Shown: piece by piece, positions 41,746 to 50,339 of the stretch
Numbering within the stretch: the stretch's first letter is position 1
Layout of the letters: each line of letters begins with the position of its first letter
Source: Patescibacteria group bacterium
GTDB taxonomy: Bacteria; Patescibacteriota; Gracilibacteria; UBA4473
NCBI GenBank assembly: GCA_965660445.1
Contig: CBFIAK010000001.1
Coordinates: 512,001 to 576,000 of the forward strand
Direction: 5' to 3'
DNA: 64,000 bases
Notes under the pieces: generated by a model
Seen by the model: the letters and a program-made list of their open reading frames with translations, nothing else
Databases searched by the model: none
What the model was told of the DNA's origin: nothing
Program-made: the position numbers and the translations under genes

Positions 41746-42513
41746 ATGGAATCTCTTTTTTCATCTCTGTTTTTAGGATTTATTCAAGGCATTACAGAAT
41801 TTCTTCCTGTTTCTTCGAGTGGTCACTTGTTTTTATTACAATCTCTTTTTGATCAAGAACCGAGTATTTCTTTTATGGTTTTTTTGCATGGGGCGAGTTT
41901 GCTTGCGGTCTGTATTTATTTTTGGAGAGATATTTTCTCTATAGTTCAAAAAATGTGTTCAATTAAGGAGATAAAAAAAGATTCATTTGGCTGGAAATTA
42001 GTGTTTTCAACGATTTGCACGGTTCCAGTTGCTCTTTTTTTAGAACCCTTCTTTGATTCTTTGTTCAGTATTCAGCTGGTTGCATGGACGCTTTTGTGTA
42101 CTGCGGGGTTTGTGTTTTTTTCTTCTTTCTATAACCATAAAACATCCCCATTATCTGAATTAGGATGGTCTCATGCTTTTTATCTTGGTATTGTACAAGG
42201 ACTAGCTGTTTTTCCAGGTATATCCCGATCAGGGATAACGATTGCTTTCCTCTTGCTATTAGGAATGCGGAAAGAAGCGTCGGCACGTATTTCTTTTTTA
42301 TTAGCTATTCCAACTATATTAGGGGCCTTAATTTTTTCTTGGTCTGATATTCGATTAGAAATGAATATATGGATTGGATTGAGTTTTCTTATTTCCGCAA
42401 TTTCATCTTGGCTTATTATTTGGGGGATGATGAAGACACTTCATCGTTATTGGATATGGAGTGGTATTTACTGCTTATTCCTTGGTTTTTTTCTGCTTTT
42501 CTTTATAGCATAA
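41746..42513 (+). CDS. uppP: Undecaprenyl-diphosphate phosphatase (BacA family)
   Basis: QGITEFLPVSSSGH, QGLAVFPGISRSG, SFLLAIP. Confidence 0.94.
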   Translation: MESLFSSLFLGFIQGITEFLPVSSSGHLFLLQSLFDQEPSISFMVFLHGASLLAVCIYFWRDIFSIVQKMCSIKEIKKDSFGWKLVFSTICTVPVALFLEPFFDSLFSIQLVAWTLLCTAGFVFFSSFYNHKTSPLSELGWSHAFYLGIVQGLAVFPGISRSGITIAFLLLLGMRKEASARISFLLAIPTILGALIFSWSDIRLEMNIWIGLSFLISAISSWLIIWGMMKTLHRYWIWSGIYCLFLGFFLLFFIA

Positions 42514-42544
42514 AAAAAGTACGAAAATAATTCTATTTTCGTAC
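42512..42544 (-). terminator. Intrinsic terminator
   Basis: GTACGAAAATA/TATTTTCGTAC stem with a U-run on the minus strand, downstream of 42559..42762. Confidence 0.7.
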
Positions 42545-42558
42545 AGAGTGCGTTTCTT

Positions 42559-42762
42559 TTATTTATTCATTATTTTTTGAGAGAATTGTTTCCATAGTGA
42601 TTGTAAATCAATATGAAGCCATTCATACCCTATAAAGATAAGAACGAGAATCCATGTTGCAAAAGCTATTATCCATAAAACCATAAAAACAGCGATAATA
42701 ATGGATATAAAAGCAAGGATATACCAAAGCGTTCTTCCGAAGAAGAGAAATAGTTGTTTCAT
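42559..42762 (-). CDS. Small hydrophobic membrane protein
   Basis: 67 aa, long hydrophobic stretch; AAGGAG 7 nt before ATG; own terminator. Confidence 0.65.
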   Translation of the reverse strand: MKQLFLFFGRTLWYILAFISIIIAVFMVLWIIAFATWILVLIFIGYEWLHIDLQSLWKQFSQKIMNK

Positions 42763-42883
42763 TATGAAACTCCTTTTTTGAGAGTGAATGAGATTGAAAA
42801 AAAGAACAAATACATAATTAAATTTTTTAAAAGATGTGTCAATTTTTTTTACACTTTATCATTCTTATGCTATAGAAAAGGTA

Positions 42884-43198
42884 ATGAGTTTTAAACCCTT
42901 GCATTCACTTCTCTCTTGTGTGACAAAAAAATATGGGATTGAAAAACAAGCATTTGCTGGGGGAGTGTGTCAATATACGCGTCATATAATAGAAACTCAT
43001 TATCCACAGTATAAAGAAACATGGATTCCGAAAAAAATAGAAGAAAAAACACTTTATATCCAGACTCCAGATTCAGTATCAGCTTCAGCCTTATATCTTA
43101 AAATACATCATATTCTTGAATGCGTAAAAGAACGATATGTTGTCATTGAGCACATACAAATTATTCGTTCTCGAAAAGAGTTAGAGAGTGATGTATAA
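42884..43198 (+). CDS. DUF721/DciA-like protein
   Basis: MSFKPLHSLL..KTLYIQTPDSVSASALYLKIHHILE..IEHIQI pattern. Confidence 0.55.
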   Translation: MSFKPLHSLLSCVTKKYGIEKQAFAGGVCQYTRHIIETHYPQYKETWIPKKIEEKTLYIQTPDSVSASALYLKIHHILECVKERYVVIEHIQIIRSRKELESDV

Positions 43199-43229
43199 AA
43201 AAAATAATGCCCAGGGCATTATTTTTTTT
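43197..43229. terminator. Bidirectional intrinsic terminator
   Basis: AAAAAAAATAATGCCC-A-GGGCATTATTTTTTTT palindrome between convergent genes. Confidence 0.85.
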
Positions 43230-43246
43230 ATACTTTTTGCTGAAAA

Positions 43247-44968
43247 CTATTGATTTATATTAAACGGAGCCGTATTGAGAAATTGATCATTTATGAAATC
43301 AATATCTTCATTTGGGTTGTCGAAATCAATATCTATATTTGTATTTGGAATTACATAGTCAGGATCGCATTCTGTTGGGTGTACATATGCATTTCCATTT
43401 CGATCAACACAAACATATCCTCCTTTACCAGTTGAAGGCATTGGGAGCTTATGAAGCACTCCGCCTGTTTCGCCGGAAGCATATGGTTTTGCGACGACCA
43501 GCGGAGAATGAACACGATTCATATGTCGAATACGAGCATATCCATTGACATCAATTTTATGTGTTGGTGAAAGTGTTCCGAGCCCGAGTCGACCACTCAA
43601 CACGCCTCCATCAGTGTACCGAGTGAGTATCATTACCGGATTATATCGCAAATCCCAATGACTACTAAATCGGAAACTTCTATCGTCTCCCCAAAGCCCA
43701 ATATCCCAACTCGCTTCGTTGCCAACACCAAGGTTCGAAAACTGAACGGTTGCGTTTCCGTTTTGAATAGGGGCTCCGTTTTGTGTTTTTCCAGAATGAA
43801 CAATTGCTACTTCTGGCACATATCCATAAGCAATAATATCACCTTCTAGGTGAGAGGCTCCCACAGTTAGATCTCCTGATGGGTTGTCGTTTCCAATGCC
43901 TACATATCCATTAGGAGCAATAAAGAAATCCTTTCGTTCATTTGGTTTTCCTTGTGGGCTTGCCGCTGTAGAGAGTAAGATAGAATCTTGCTTGTTATTT
44001 AATCCTCCTCGCCCTAAGACGAAAGAATTCTTCCCGATAGCTTTTGTTCCTTCGCCAATCGCTACAGAATTCATTTCCCTTGCTTCTGAGTTTTCTCCTT
44101 GTGCAAACGATTTTTCTCCAATAGATTTTGATCCCGGACCATGTGCTACAGAATAAAATCCAGTTGCTTCTCCTCCTCCTGTAGCGAGTGATCTTTCTCC
44201 TGCTGCTTGACTGAATGGTCCAATAGCAAGACTTTTGTGTATATATGCATCACCAACACCACCAACATGAAGCTGATGAAGAGGCGCTGTTGTTCCAATC
44301 CCGACAGCTCGTTGACTTGTATTGTACATATTTCCACTTGGGAGTTCTGTCCAAAGTCCATCTCCAGAAAGAGAGGAAAGGTCTATATTTACAACGGTTC
44401 CGTCTTTGAGGGTGAGTCGTAGAGTTGTTCCGTTGAGAGTTGCTTCATCAAGAGCATTATCGGCAGCACACGTCCAAGCCGATCCGTTCCATTTTAAGAT
44501 TTGATTTTGTGTATTACAATTCGGCAGACTTCCACTTCCACTCCCTGTTAAATCAGAATCACAGCTCCATGATGACCCATTCCATTTGAGTATCTCTCCG
44601 TTTTGACACGAAAGCATTTGATCACAATCTTGGAGTACTCCTTGTGCGTCAGCACAAACTGGGCTTGTGGTGAGTGAGCGTACTCGAGCTTGTCCAGCAA
44701 CATCAATTCTATGAGTAGGTGATTTTGTTCCAAGTCCTACATTTCCATCATCATTACTCATTTCATAAAGAGTTTTTACAAGCGCATTAAATTCACTTGC
44801 TTGATATATATCACCATCTTTTTTAGGATCATCTAGATCCATGGTAGAAGGTGGCGTTGGGAGGCTTCCATTAATCCAGTCGACATAAACACTGCTTGTT
44901 TGTGCAAAAACAGGGATAGCAAAGAGGAGAAGTGAGAAAAGACAAAGACGTGAGAAAAACTGTTTCAT
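43247..44968 (-). CDS. Secreted fibre-like adhesin (tail-fibre-type and YadA-head-like repeats)
   Basis: Signal peptide; GNVGLGTKSP/AVGIGTTAP/GYVGIGNDNP/GRLGLGTLSP repeats; ILKWNGS.W.C twice; SVAHG/SFAQG/SVAIG/SFVLG repeats. Confidence 0.7.
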   Translation of the reverse strand: MKQFFSRLCLFSLLLFAIPVFAQTSSVYVDWINGSLPTPPSTMDLDDPKKDGDIYQASEFNALVKTLYEMSNDDGNVGLGTKSPTHRIDVAGQARVRSLTTSPVCADAQGVLQDCDQMLSCQNGEILKWNGSSWSCDSDLTGSGSGSLPNCNTQNQILKWNGSAWTCAADNALDEATLNGTTLRLTLKDGTVVNIDLSSLSGDGLWTELPSGNMYNTSQRAVGIGTTAPLHQLHVGGVGDAYIHKSLAIGPFSQAAGERSLATGGGEATGFYSVAHGPGSKSIGEKSFAQGENSEAREMNSVAIGEGTKAIGKNSFVLGRGGLNNKQDSILLSTAASPQGKPNERKDFFIAPNGYVGIGNDNPSGDLTVGASHLEGDIIAYGYVPEVAIVHSGKTQNGAPIQNGNATVQFSNLGVGNEASWDIGLWGDDRSFRFSSHWDLRYNPVMILTRYTDGGVLSGRLGLGTLSPTHKIDVNGYARIRHMNRVHSPLVVAKPYASGETGGVLHKLPMPSTGKGGYVCVDRNGNAYVHPTECDPDYVIPNTNIDIDFDNPNEDIDFINDQFLNTAPFNINQ

Positions 44969-45088
44969 GAAGAAAGAAAATATGAATCCCCTTCATTGTC
45001 TCTTTTTGAAAACAGTCTGTCAAATATTGTTTATTTTTTAAAAATATTTGAGTATTGTAGAAAAAAGATATACAAAGAGAGTGTTTGC

Positions 45089-45994
45089 ATGGAAAAAATA
45101 GAATCGACACTCAAAGGTATTGTTATTCATGGGTTTTCGTTTGGAAAATCATTTGATGATATTTTAATTACGAATGTTGTGTTGCAAAAAGGTGCACAAC
45201 AAGTAAAAGAAGGGCTTTATTTTGTGCTCGTAGATCTTTTGGATTTTTCTGAATCTAAAAATGCGCTTATGTATGTTCCAAAAGAATCAGTTTTTCATAA
45301 TAAGAATACAGTAGAGCTTCATATACTCGATTTTCGTGAACCTATTGTGGATTGTGAAGTTTCTATTCGTGTACAAAAAAAGAAACGTAATACTCAACAT
45401 TTTGATAGTATTGATCACCTTCTCAAACAAATGCGACAAGATATTATATGGGCTCGAAAATATTTTTTAAGAGATGTTTTGCGAAAAACATGGGAATCTA
45501 TAAATGATTTCGATCGTTTTGATATGGGAAAACGAGCTATTGCTTTTTTTGAATCGAACGAGTATTTTTTATCTGCAAAAAGAGTTTTTGTGTATGCTCC
45601 CCGTCGAGATGAAATAAATTTTGTTCAAAAATTGTGTTCAAAATTCAAAGAAAAGAATTATTATTTCCCGCGTATTGAGAATGATGATATGTGTTTTTAT
45701 CCAGCTCTTTTTGAAGATTTAAAACCCGGAAAATTCGGTATATTGGAGCCTCCCAAAAAAGAAAAACACATCGTTCCTTCCCAGAAGAATGATGTGCTTA
45801 TTATTCCTGCTGTCGCTATTGATTATCAGAAGAATAGAATCGGAAAAGGAGCAGGATACTATGATCGTTTTTTACAAAAGCACGATGTACATACTATTGC
45901 GGTTATTCCAGATTTTGCGTATGTCAAAACAATTCCTTCTGAACCGCATGACAAACCAGTTGATACAGTGTTTGTTGTTCCTGTGCGATCATAG
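45089..45994 (+). CDS. Riboflavin-kinase-like domain fused to 5-formyltetrahydrofolate cyclo-ligase
   Basis: LKGIVIHG..G, VELHILDF, R....FDSIDHLLKQMRQDI; then YFPRI, GKFGILEP, IIPAVAID..NRIGKGAGYYDRFL, EPHDKPVD. Confidence 0.85.
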   Translation: MEKIESTLKGIVIHGFSFGKSFDDILITNVVLQKGAQQVKEGLYFVLVDLLDFSESKNALMYVPKESVFHNKNTVELHILDFREPIVDCEVSIRVQKKKRNTQHFDSIDHLLKQMRQDIIWARKYFLRDVLRKTWESINDFDRFDMGKRAIAFFESNEYFLSAKRVFVYAPRRDEINFVQKLCSKFKEKNYYFPRIENDDMCFYPALFEDLKPGKFGILEPPKKEKHIVPSQKNDVLIIPAVAIDYQKNRIGKGAGYYDRFLQKHDVHTIAVIPDFAYVKTIPSEPHDKPVDTVFVVPVRS

Positions 45995-46000
45995 GCATAC

Positions 46001-47284
46001 TTATCGTCGTAGATATTTTTCAACGGCTTTCATAACCGCTTCTGCTTGTTCAATGGTAATACCAATTTCTGCAAGTTCTGCCGCTTTGAGTCCTTCAAAT
46101 TGTTTGATTTGAGAAAGCCCCATTTCTTTCAAAAGGCTAATAACTTCTGTTTCTACACCTTCAAGGGAATCAATTGTTACTTTTTCCGAAACTTCTTTGA
46201 TTTGTTTTTGTTGAGGTGCTTTTTCTGTTTCTTCTTCAATTGGACCGTCGTAGGTAATAACGTCTACAGGGAGATCTATGAGGTTTCCGGCAAGTCGTAC
46301 ATTTTGCCCTCCTCGTCCAATGGTCAGAGCCCGATCTTCTTCGCGTACGAATATCTGAACTCTCTCTTCATTCCGGTCTCCTTTTTTAAACTCTACTTTC
46401 GCTATTTTTGATGGGGCAAGGGCTGCGATAAGAAGTTTCTTTTTATCTTCGTAATATTGAATCACGTCAAGTCGTTCATCGCCTACTTCTTCCATAACAG
46501 TATTGATTCGAGATCCTCGTTGTCCGACAAATGCCCCCACTGGATCTACAGAATTGTCATATGAATTAACCGCTATTTTGCACCGAACTCCTGGTTCTCG
46601 TGTCATTTTCTCAATAAAAACAATATCCTCTCTCATTTCAGGAATTTCTTGTTCAAAAAGAGCTTTTATGAAATTGTGTGAGGATCTTGTTATTTTGAGT
46701 TGAGGACCTTTCGTTGTTGATTCTACTCGTTCAAGATACACTTTAATTCGTTGTCCTGTGAAATATCGTTCATTTGGAATTTGTTGTGATTTTGGAAGAA
46801 GTGTTGAAACGCCATCAATCTCTAACAGTACAGCATCTCGATCAACTTTTTGAACGCGTGCGTTGAGCAACGTTCCTTCTTTGTCTTTGAATTTCTTGAA
46901 GAGCATGTCGCGTTCAGATTCTTGTATTTTTTGATTGATAATATGTTTTGCTGTTTGTGCAGATATACGCCCAAATTGTTCATGTGGTGGAACGGGCATA
47001 AATATAGAGTCTCCAATAGAGGCGTCTGGACGAATAAGCTTTGCTTCTTTTTCTGTAATTTCTTGTTCGTAATCGTTTACTTTCTGAACAACGGTTCGTA
47101 TTTCAAATATTTTCATATCACTAATATCATCTCCAAGGACAACCTTTACTTGTAAATTTGGACTTCCAAAATCTTTTTTATAGGCAATTGCAATAGCATT
47201 TTCGATAGCCTCAATGATAACATCGCGATTGAGGTTTTTTTCAGCACAGAGCTGATTAATAGCGGCTTGGAGTCGACTTTGCAT
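46001..47284 (-). CDS. nusA: Transcription termination/antitermination factor NusA
   Basis: FGRISAQTAK, LFEQEIPE, REPGVRCKIAV, DPVGAFVGQRGSRI, IGRGGQNVRLA. Confidence 0.97.
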   Translation of the reverse strand: MQSRLQAAINQLCAEKNLNRDVIIEAIENAIAIAYKKDFGSPNLQVKVVLGDDISDMKIFEIRTVVQKVNDYEQEITEKEAKLIRPDASIGDSIFMPVPPHEQFGRISAQTAKHIINQKIQESERDMLFKKFKDKEGTLLNARVQKVDRDAVLLEIDGVSTLLPKSQQIPNERYFTGQRIKVYLERVESTTKGPQLKITRSSHNFIKALFEQEIPEMREDIVFIEKMTREPGVRCKIAVNSYDNSVDPVGAFVGQRGSRINTVMEEVGDERLDVIQYYEDKKKLLIAALAPSKIAKVEFKKGDRNEERVQIFVREEDRALTIGRGGQNVRLAGNLIDLPVDVITYDGPIEEETEKAPQQKQIKEVSEKVTIDSLEGVETEVISLLKEMGLSQIKQFEGLKAAELAEIGITIEQAEAVMKAVEKYLRR

Positions 47285-47485
47285 GAGAAGTGGAAAATAT
47301 GAAAATATAAAAAAGAGGTATGAAAAAAAGTCGACGATATGAAAAATATATCATCAACTTTCTTTTGTTTTCGAAACCATTATTGTAAATATTTAAAGCA
47401 TGTCAAGTTTTTTTTGACAGAATTTCAAAAATATTTAAATTGTTATCATATTGTTTTTTTACACTTAAATAAATAAGGAGGCGTT

Positions 47486-47662
47486 ATGCAGTCGCAAAAA
47501 TGCATTGTCGTCAAGTACTCTCCAATTTTAGGTATGCATCACACATTGGTTCCTCTAAAACCAATGGTGAATCTCGGAATTTTTCAACCGAAACAATTTA
47601 TTGGGAAGCCCTATAAGCATAATACGTATTATCATAGACGTATGATGAATGGTCGTAACTAA
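47486..47662 (+). CDS. Small basic hypothetical protein (58 aa, below the ORF-track cutoff)
   Basis: TAAGGAGG (47474-47481) before ATG; upstream TTGACA; downstream hairpin; MQSQKCIVVKYSPILGMHHTLVPLKPMVNLGIFQPKQFIGKPYKHNTYYHRRMMNGRN. Confidence 0.6.
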   Translation: MQSQKCIVVKYSPILGMHHTLVPLKPMVNLGIFQPKQFIGKPYKHNTYYHRRMMNGRN

Positions 47663-47677
47663 ACATTTTACCCTATA

Positions 47678-47711
47678 GCCTGTATTCTCATGGAATACAG
47701 GTTGTTTTTTT
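47678..47711 (+). terminator. Intrinsic terminator after the small ORF
   Basis: CCTGTATTC-TCATG-GAATACAGG stem followed by TTGTTTTTTT. Confidence 0.75.
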
Positions 47712-47725
47712 GCTTGACTTTTTAC

Positions 47726-47752
47726 TTAGCAGTCTTATATTGAGAGTGCTAA
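47726..47752 (+). promoter_or_regulatory. CIRCE operator (HrcA site) overlapping the clpB promoter
   Basis: TTAGCAGTC-N9-GAGTGCTAA, one mismatch to consensus TTAGCACTC-N9-GAGTGCTAA; TTGACT at 47714 and TATATT at 47736. Confidence 0.9.
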
Positions 47753-47766
47753 TAATTCTTTGTATT

Positions 47767-50301
47767 ATGAATTTTGAAAAATGGACAGAATCGGCATCGA
47801 AGGTGATTGCGTACGCACAAAATAGTGCGCACGAATACAAGTCTTCATCTTTAGAGGTTGACCATATTCTTCTTGGGGTATTAGAAGAAGGAGGAGATTT
47901 TCTTATGAGAGCTTTGCGAAACACTGGAGGAAATATGGAATCGTTAAAGAATGATATTCGAGACAAAATATCTCATTTGCCTCAAACAGATACAGTTCAA
48001 AGAATGCCGAGTCGTGATTGTGATTTTGTAATTCGAGAATCTGAAAATCAACGCAAGAAAATGGGCGACGAATTTGTTTCAGTTGAACATATTTTATTAT
48101 CTGTGTATAAGGGGCGTTCAACGGCTAAAGAACTCTTAGTTTCTCATGGATTTACTCATGAATTGGTGTTGCAATCTATTCTTGATTTGCGTGGTGGTGA
48201 GAAAGTAGATTCAATGGATGGTCACGAAAAATTTCAAGCACTTGAAAAGTATTGTGTGGATTTTACTGATATGGCAGAGCGTGGAAAGATTGATCCTATT
48301 ATCGGTCGAGATGAAGAAATTCGGAGAACAATTCAAATTCTTTCACGAAGAACAAAAAATAATCCAGTTCTTGTGGGAGATCCCGGAGTTGGAAAAACAG
48401 CCATTGTTGAAGGATTGGCTTTTCAAATTTTTAAGAAACAAGTACCAGAATCTTTGCAAAATAAGAAAGTATTGATGCTTGATATGGCATCATTAGTTGC
48501 GGGAGCGAAATATAGAGGTGAATTTGAAGATCGATTAAAAAATGTTGTAAAACATATCGAAAAGTCAGAAGGGAGAATTATCCTCTTTATAGACGAGATT
48601 CATACTATTGTTGGGGCAGGAGCTTCTGAAGGATCAATGGATGCCAGTAATATTTTAAAACCAGCGCTTGCTCGAGGTCTCCTTCATTGTGTTGGAGCAA
48701 CAACAATGAATGAGTATAGAAAATATATTGAAAAAGATGCGGCACTTGAACGACGATTTCAACCGATTTTAGTAGAAGAGCCAACTCTAGAGGAAGCTAT
48801 TGCTATCGTGCGTGGAATAAAAGAAAAATATGAAGTGCATCATCGAGTTCGGATTACTGATGATGCTTTAATTGCTTCGGTGAATTTATCGGTTCGATAC
48901 TTAACCGATAGAAAATTACCAGATAAGGCTATTGATTTGATTGATGAGGCTATGAGTCGCTTAAAACTTCAGATTGAATCAGAACCAGAATCGGTTTCGG
49001 TTTTGAAAAAAAAGATTTTAACACTGCAAATAGAAAAAGCAGCCCTTCAGAAAGAAGGAAAAAAGAAAAAACGTCTTGATGATATAGAACAGGAACTGAA
49101 GATACAAACAGAAGAATTAAAAAATATTCAGTCACAATGGGAGTCTGAGAAAAAAAATGTACGAACTATCTCTCAACTAAAAGAACAGCTTGATGAAAAA
49201 TATAGGTTAGCCGAAAAAGCCGAAAAGGTGTCCGATTATCAAACTGTTGCTGAGATTCGACATGGCGATATACCTCGAATTCAAAACGAAATACAGTTAT
49301 TGGAAAAAAGAGAAACAGAGAATGCTTTATTACGAGAAGAGATTACAGAATACGATATTGCTGAAATTATCGCTCGTTGGACAGGAATTCCCGCTCAAAA
49401 ATTAACAGAAAGTGATTCTAATCGATTATTACATCTTGAGTCTCATTTACAAAAAAGAGTGATTGGACAAGAAGAAGCCGTTCGTTCGGTTTCAAATGCT
49501 ATTCGTAGATCACATGCCGGTTTGAGTTCTGGTAAACGTCCGATTGCTTCATTTCTCTTTTTGGGACCGACAGGTGTTGGGAAAACAGAATTGGCGAAAG
49601 CATTAGCAGAAAACTTATTTGATACTGAAGAAGCTTTAATTCGGTTTGATATGTCTGAATACATGGAATCCCATTCAGTTTCAAAATTTATCGGTTCGCC
49701 TCCCGGATATGTTGGATATGAAGAAGAAGGGCAATTAACTGGGAAAGTGAGACGTCGACCTTATAGTGTAGTTCTTTTTGATGAAGTTGAAAAAGCCCAC
49801 AGAGATGTATTTCATTTGTTTTTACAAATTCTCGATGAAGGTCATCTCACTGATGCAAAAGGACGAAAAGTAAACTTTAAAAACACAATCATTCTTCTCA
49901 CCTCAAATCTGGCGAGTCATGTGTTTGCAGATGGAAAGGTACCAGAAAAAACAACGCTTTTAAAAGAATTAAGTCAGTTTTTTCGTCCAGAGTTTTTGAA
50001 TCGACTTGATGATATACTTGCTTTCCATCCACTCAGTGAAGAAATGATGGATAAAGTTCTTGATATCCAGTTAAAAGAAATTCAACACAGGCTTCTCGAT
50101 CACGATATAAAACTGACTCTTACGAAAACAGCTCATAAGGAACTTTCAAAAAAAGGATATGATCCAGTTTTTGGAGCTCGACCTTTGCGAAGAGTTTTGG
50201 AACAAGAAATTTTAAATCCTTTAGCAGAAAAGATATTAATGAAAACAATATCAAGTCATATTACGCTTGATTATAAAAATAATGTATTTGTGTGGAATTA
50301 A
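47767..50301 (+). CDS. clpB: ATP-dependent chaperone ClpB
   Basis: DPIIGRDEEIRR, GDPGVGKT, LFIDEIH, coiled-coil middle domain, FLGPTGVGKTE, FDEVEKAH, FGARPLRR. Confidence 0.96.
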   Translation: MNFEKWTESASKVIAYAQNSAHEYKSSSLEVDHILLGVLEEGGDFLMRALRNTGGNMESLKNDIRDKISHLPQTDTVQRMPSRDCDFVIRESENQRKKMGDEFVSVEHILLSVYKGRSTAKELLVSHGFTHELVLQSILDLRGGEKVDSMDGHEKFQALEKYCVDFTDMAERGKIDPIIGRDEEIRRTIQILSRRTKNNPVLVGDPGVGKTAIVEGLAFQIFKKQVPESLQNKKVLMLDMASLVAGAKYRGEFEDRLKNVVKHIEKSEGRIILFIDEIHTIVGAGASEGSMDASNILKPALARGLLHCVGATTMNEYRKYIEKDAALERRFQPILVEEPTLEEAIAIVRGIKEKYEVHHRVRITDDALIASVNLSVRYLTDRKLPDKAIDLIDEAMSRLKLQIESEPESVSVLKKKILTLQIEKAALQKEGKKKKRLDDIEQELKIQTEELKNIQSQWESEKKNVRTISQLKEQLDEKYRLAEKAEKVSDYQTVAEIRHGDIPRIQNEIQLLEKRETENALLREEITEYDIAEIIARWTGIPAQKLTESDSNRLLHLESHLQKRVIGQEEAVRSVSNAIRRSHAGLSSGKRPIASFLFLGPTGVGKTELAKALAENLFDTEEALIRFDMSEYMESHSVSKFIGSPPGYVGYEEEGQLTGKVRRRPYSVVLFDEVEKAHRDVFHLFLQILDEGHLTDAKGRKVNFKNTIILLTSNLASHVFADGKVPEKTTLLKELSQFFRPEFLNRLDDILAFHPLSEEMMDKVLDIQLKEIQHRLLDHDIKLTLTKTAHKELSKKGYDPVFGARPLRRVLEQEILNPLAEKILMKTISSHITLDYKNNVFVWN

Positions 50302-50328
50302 AAAAACCCCTCTTTATAAAAGAGGGGT
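50300..50328. terminator. Intrinsic terminator between clpB and the convergent gene
   Basis: ACCCCTCTTT/AAAGAGGGGT stem. Confidence 0.75.
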
Positions 50329-50339
50329 ATAGAGAAAAA

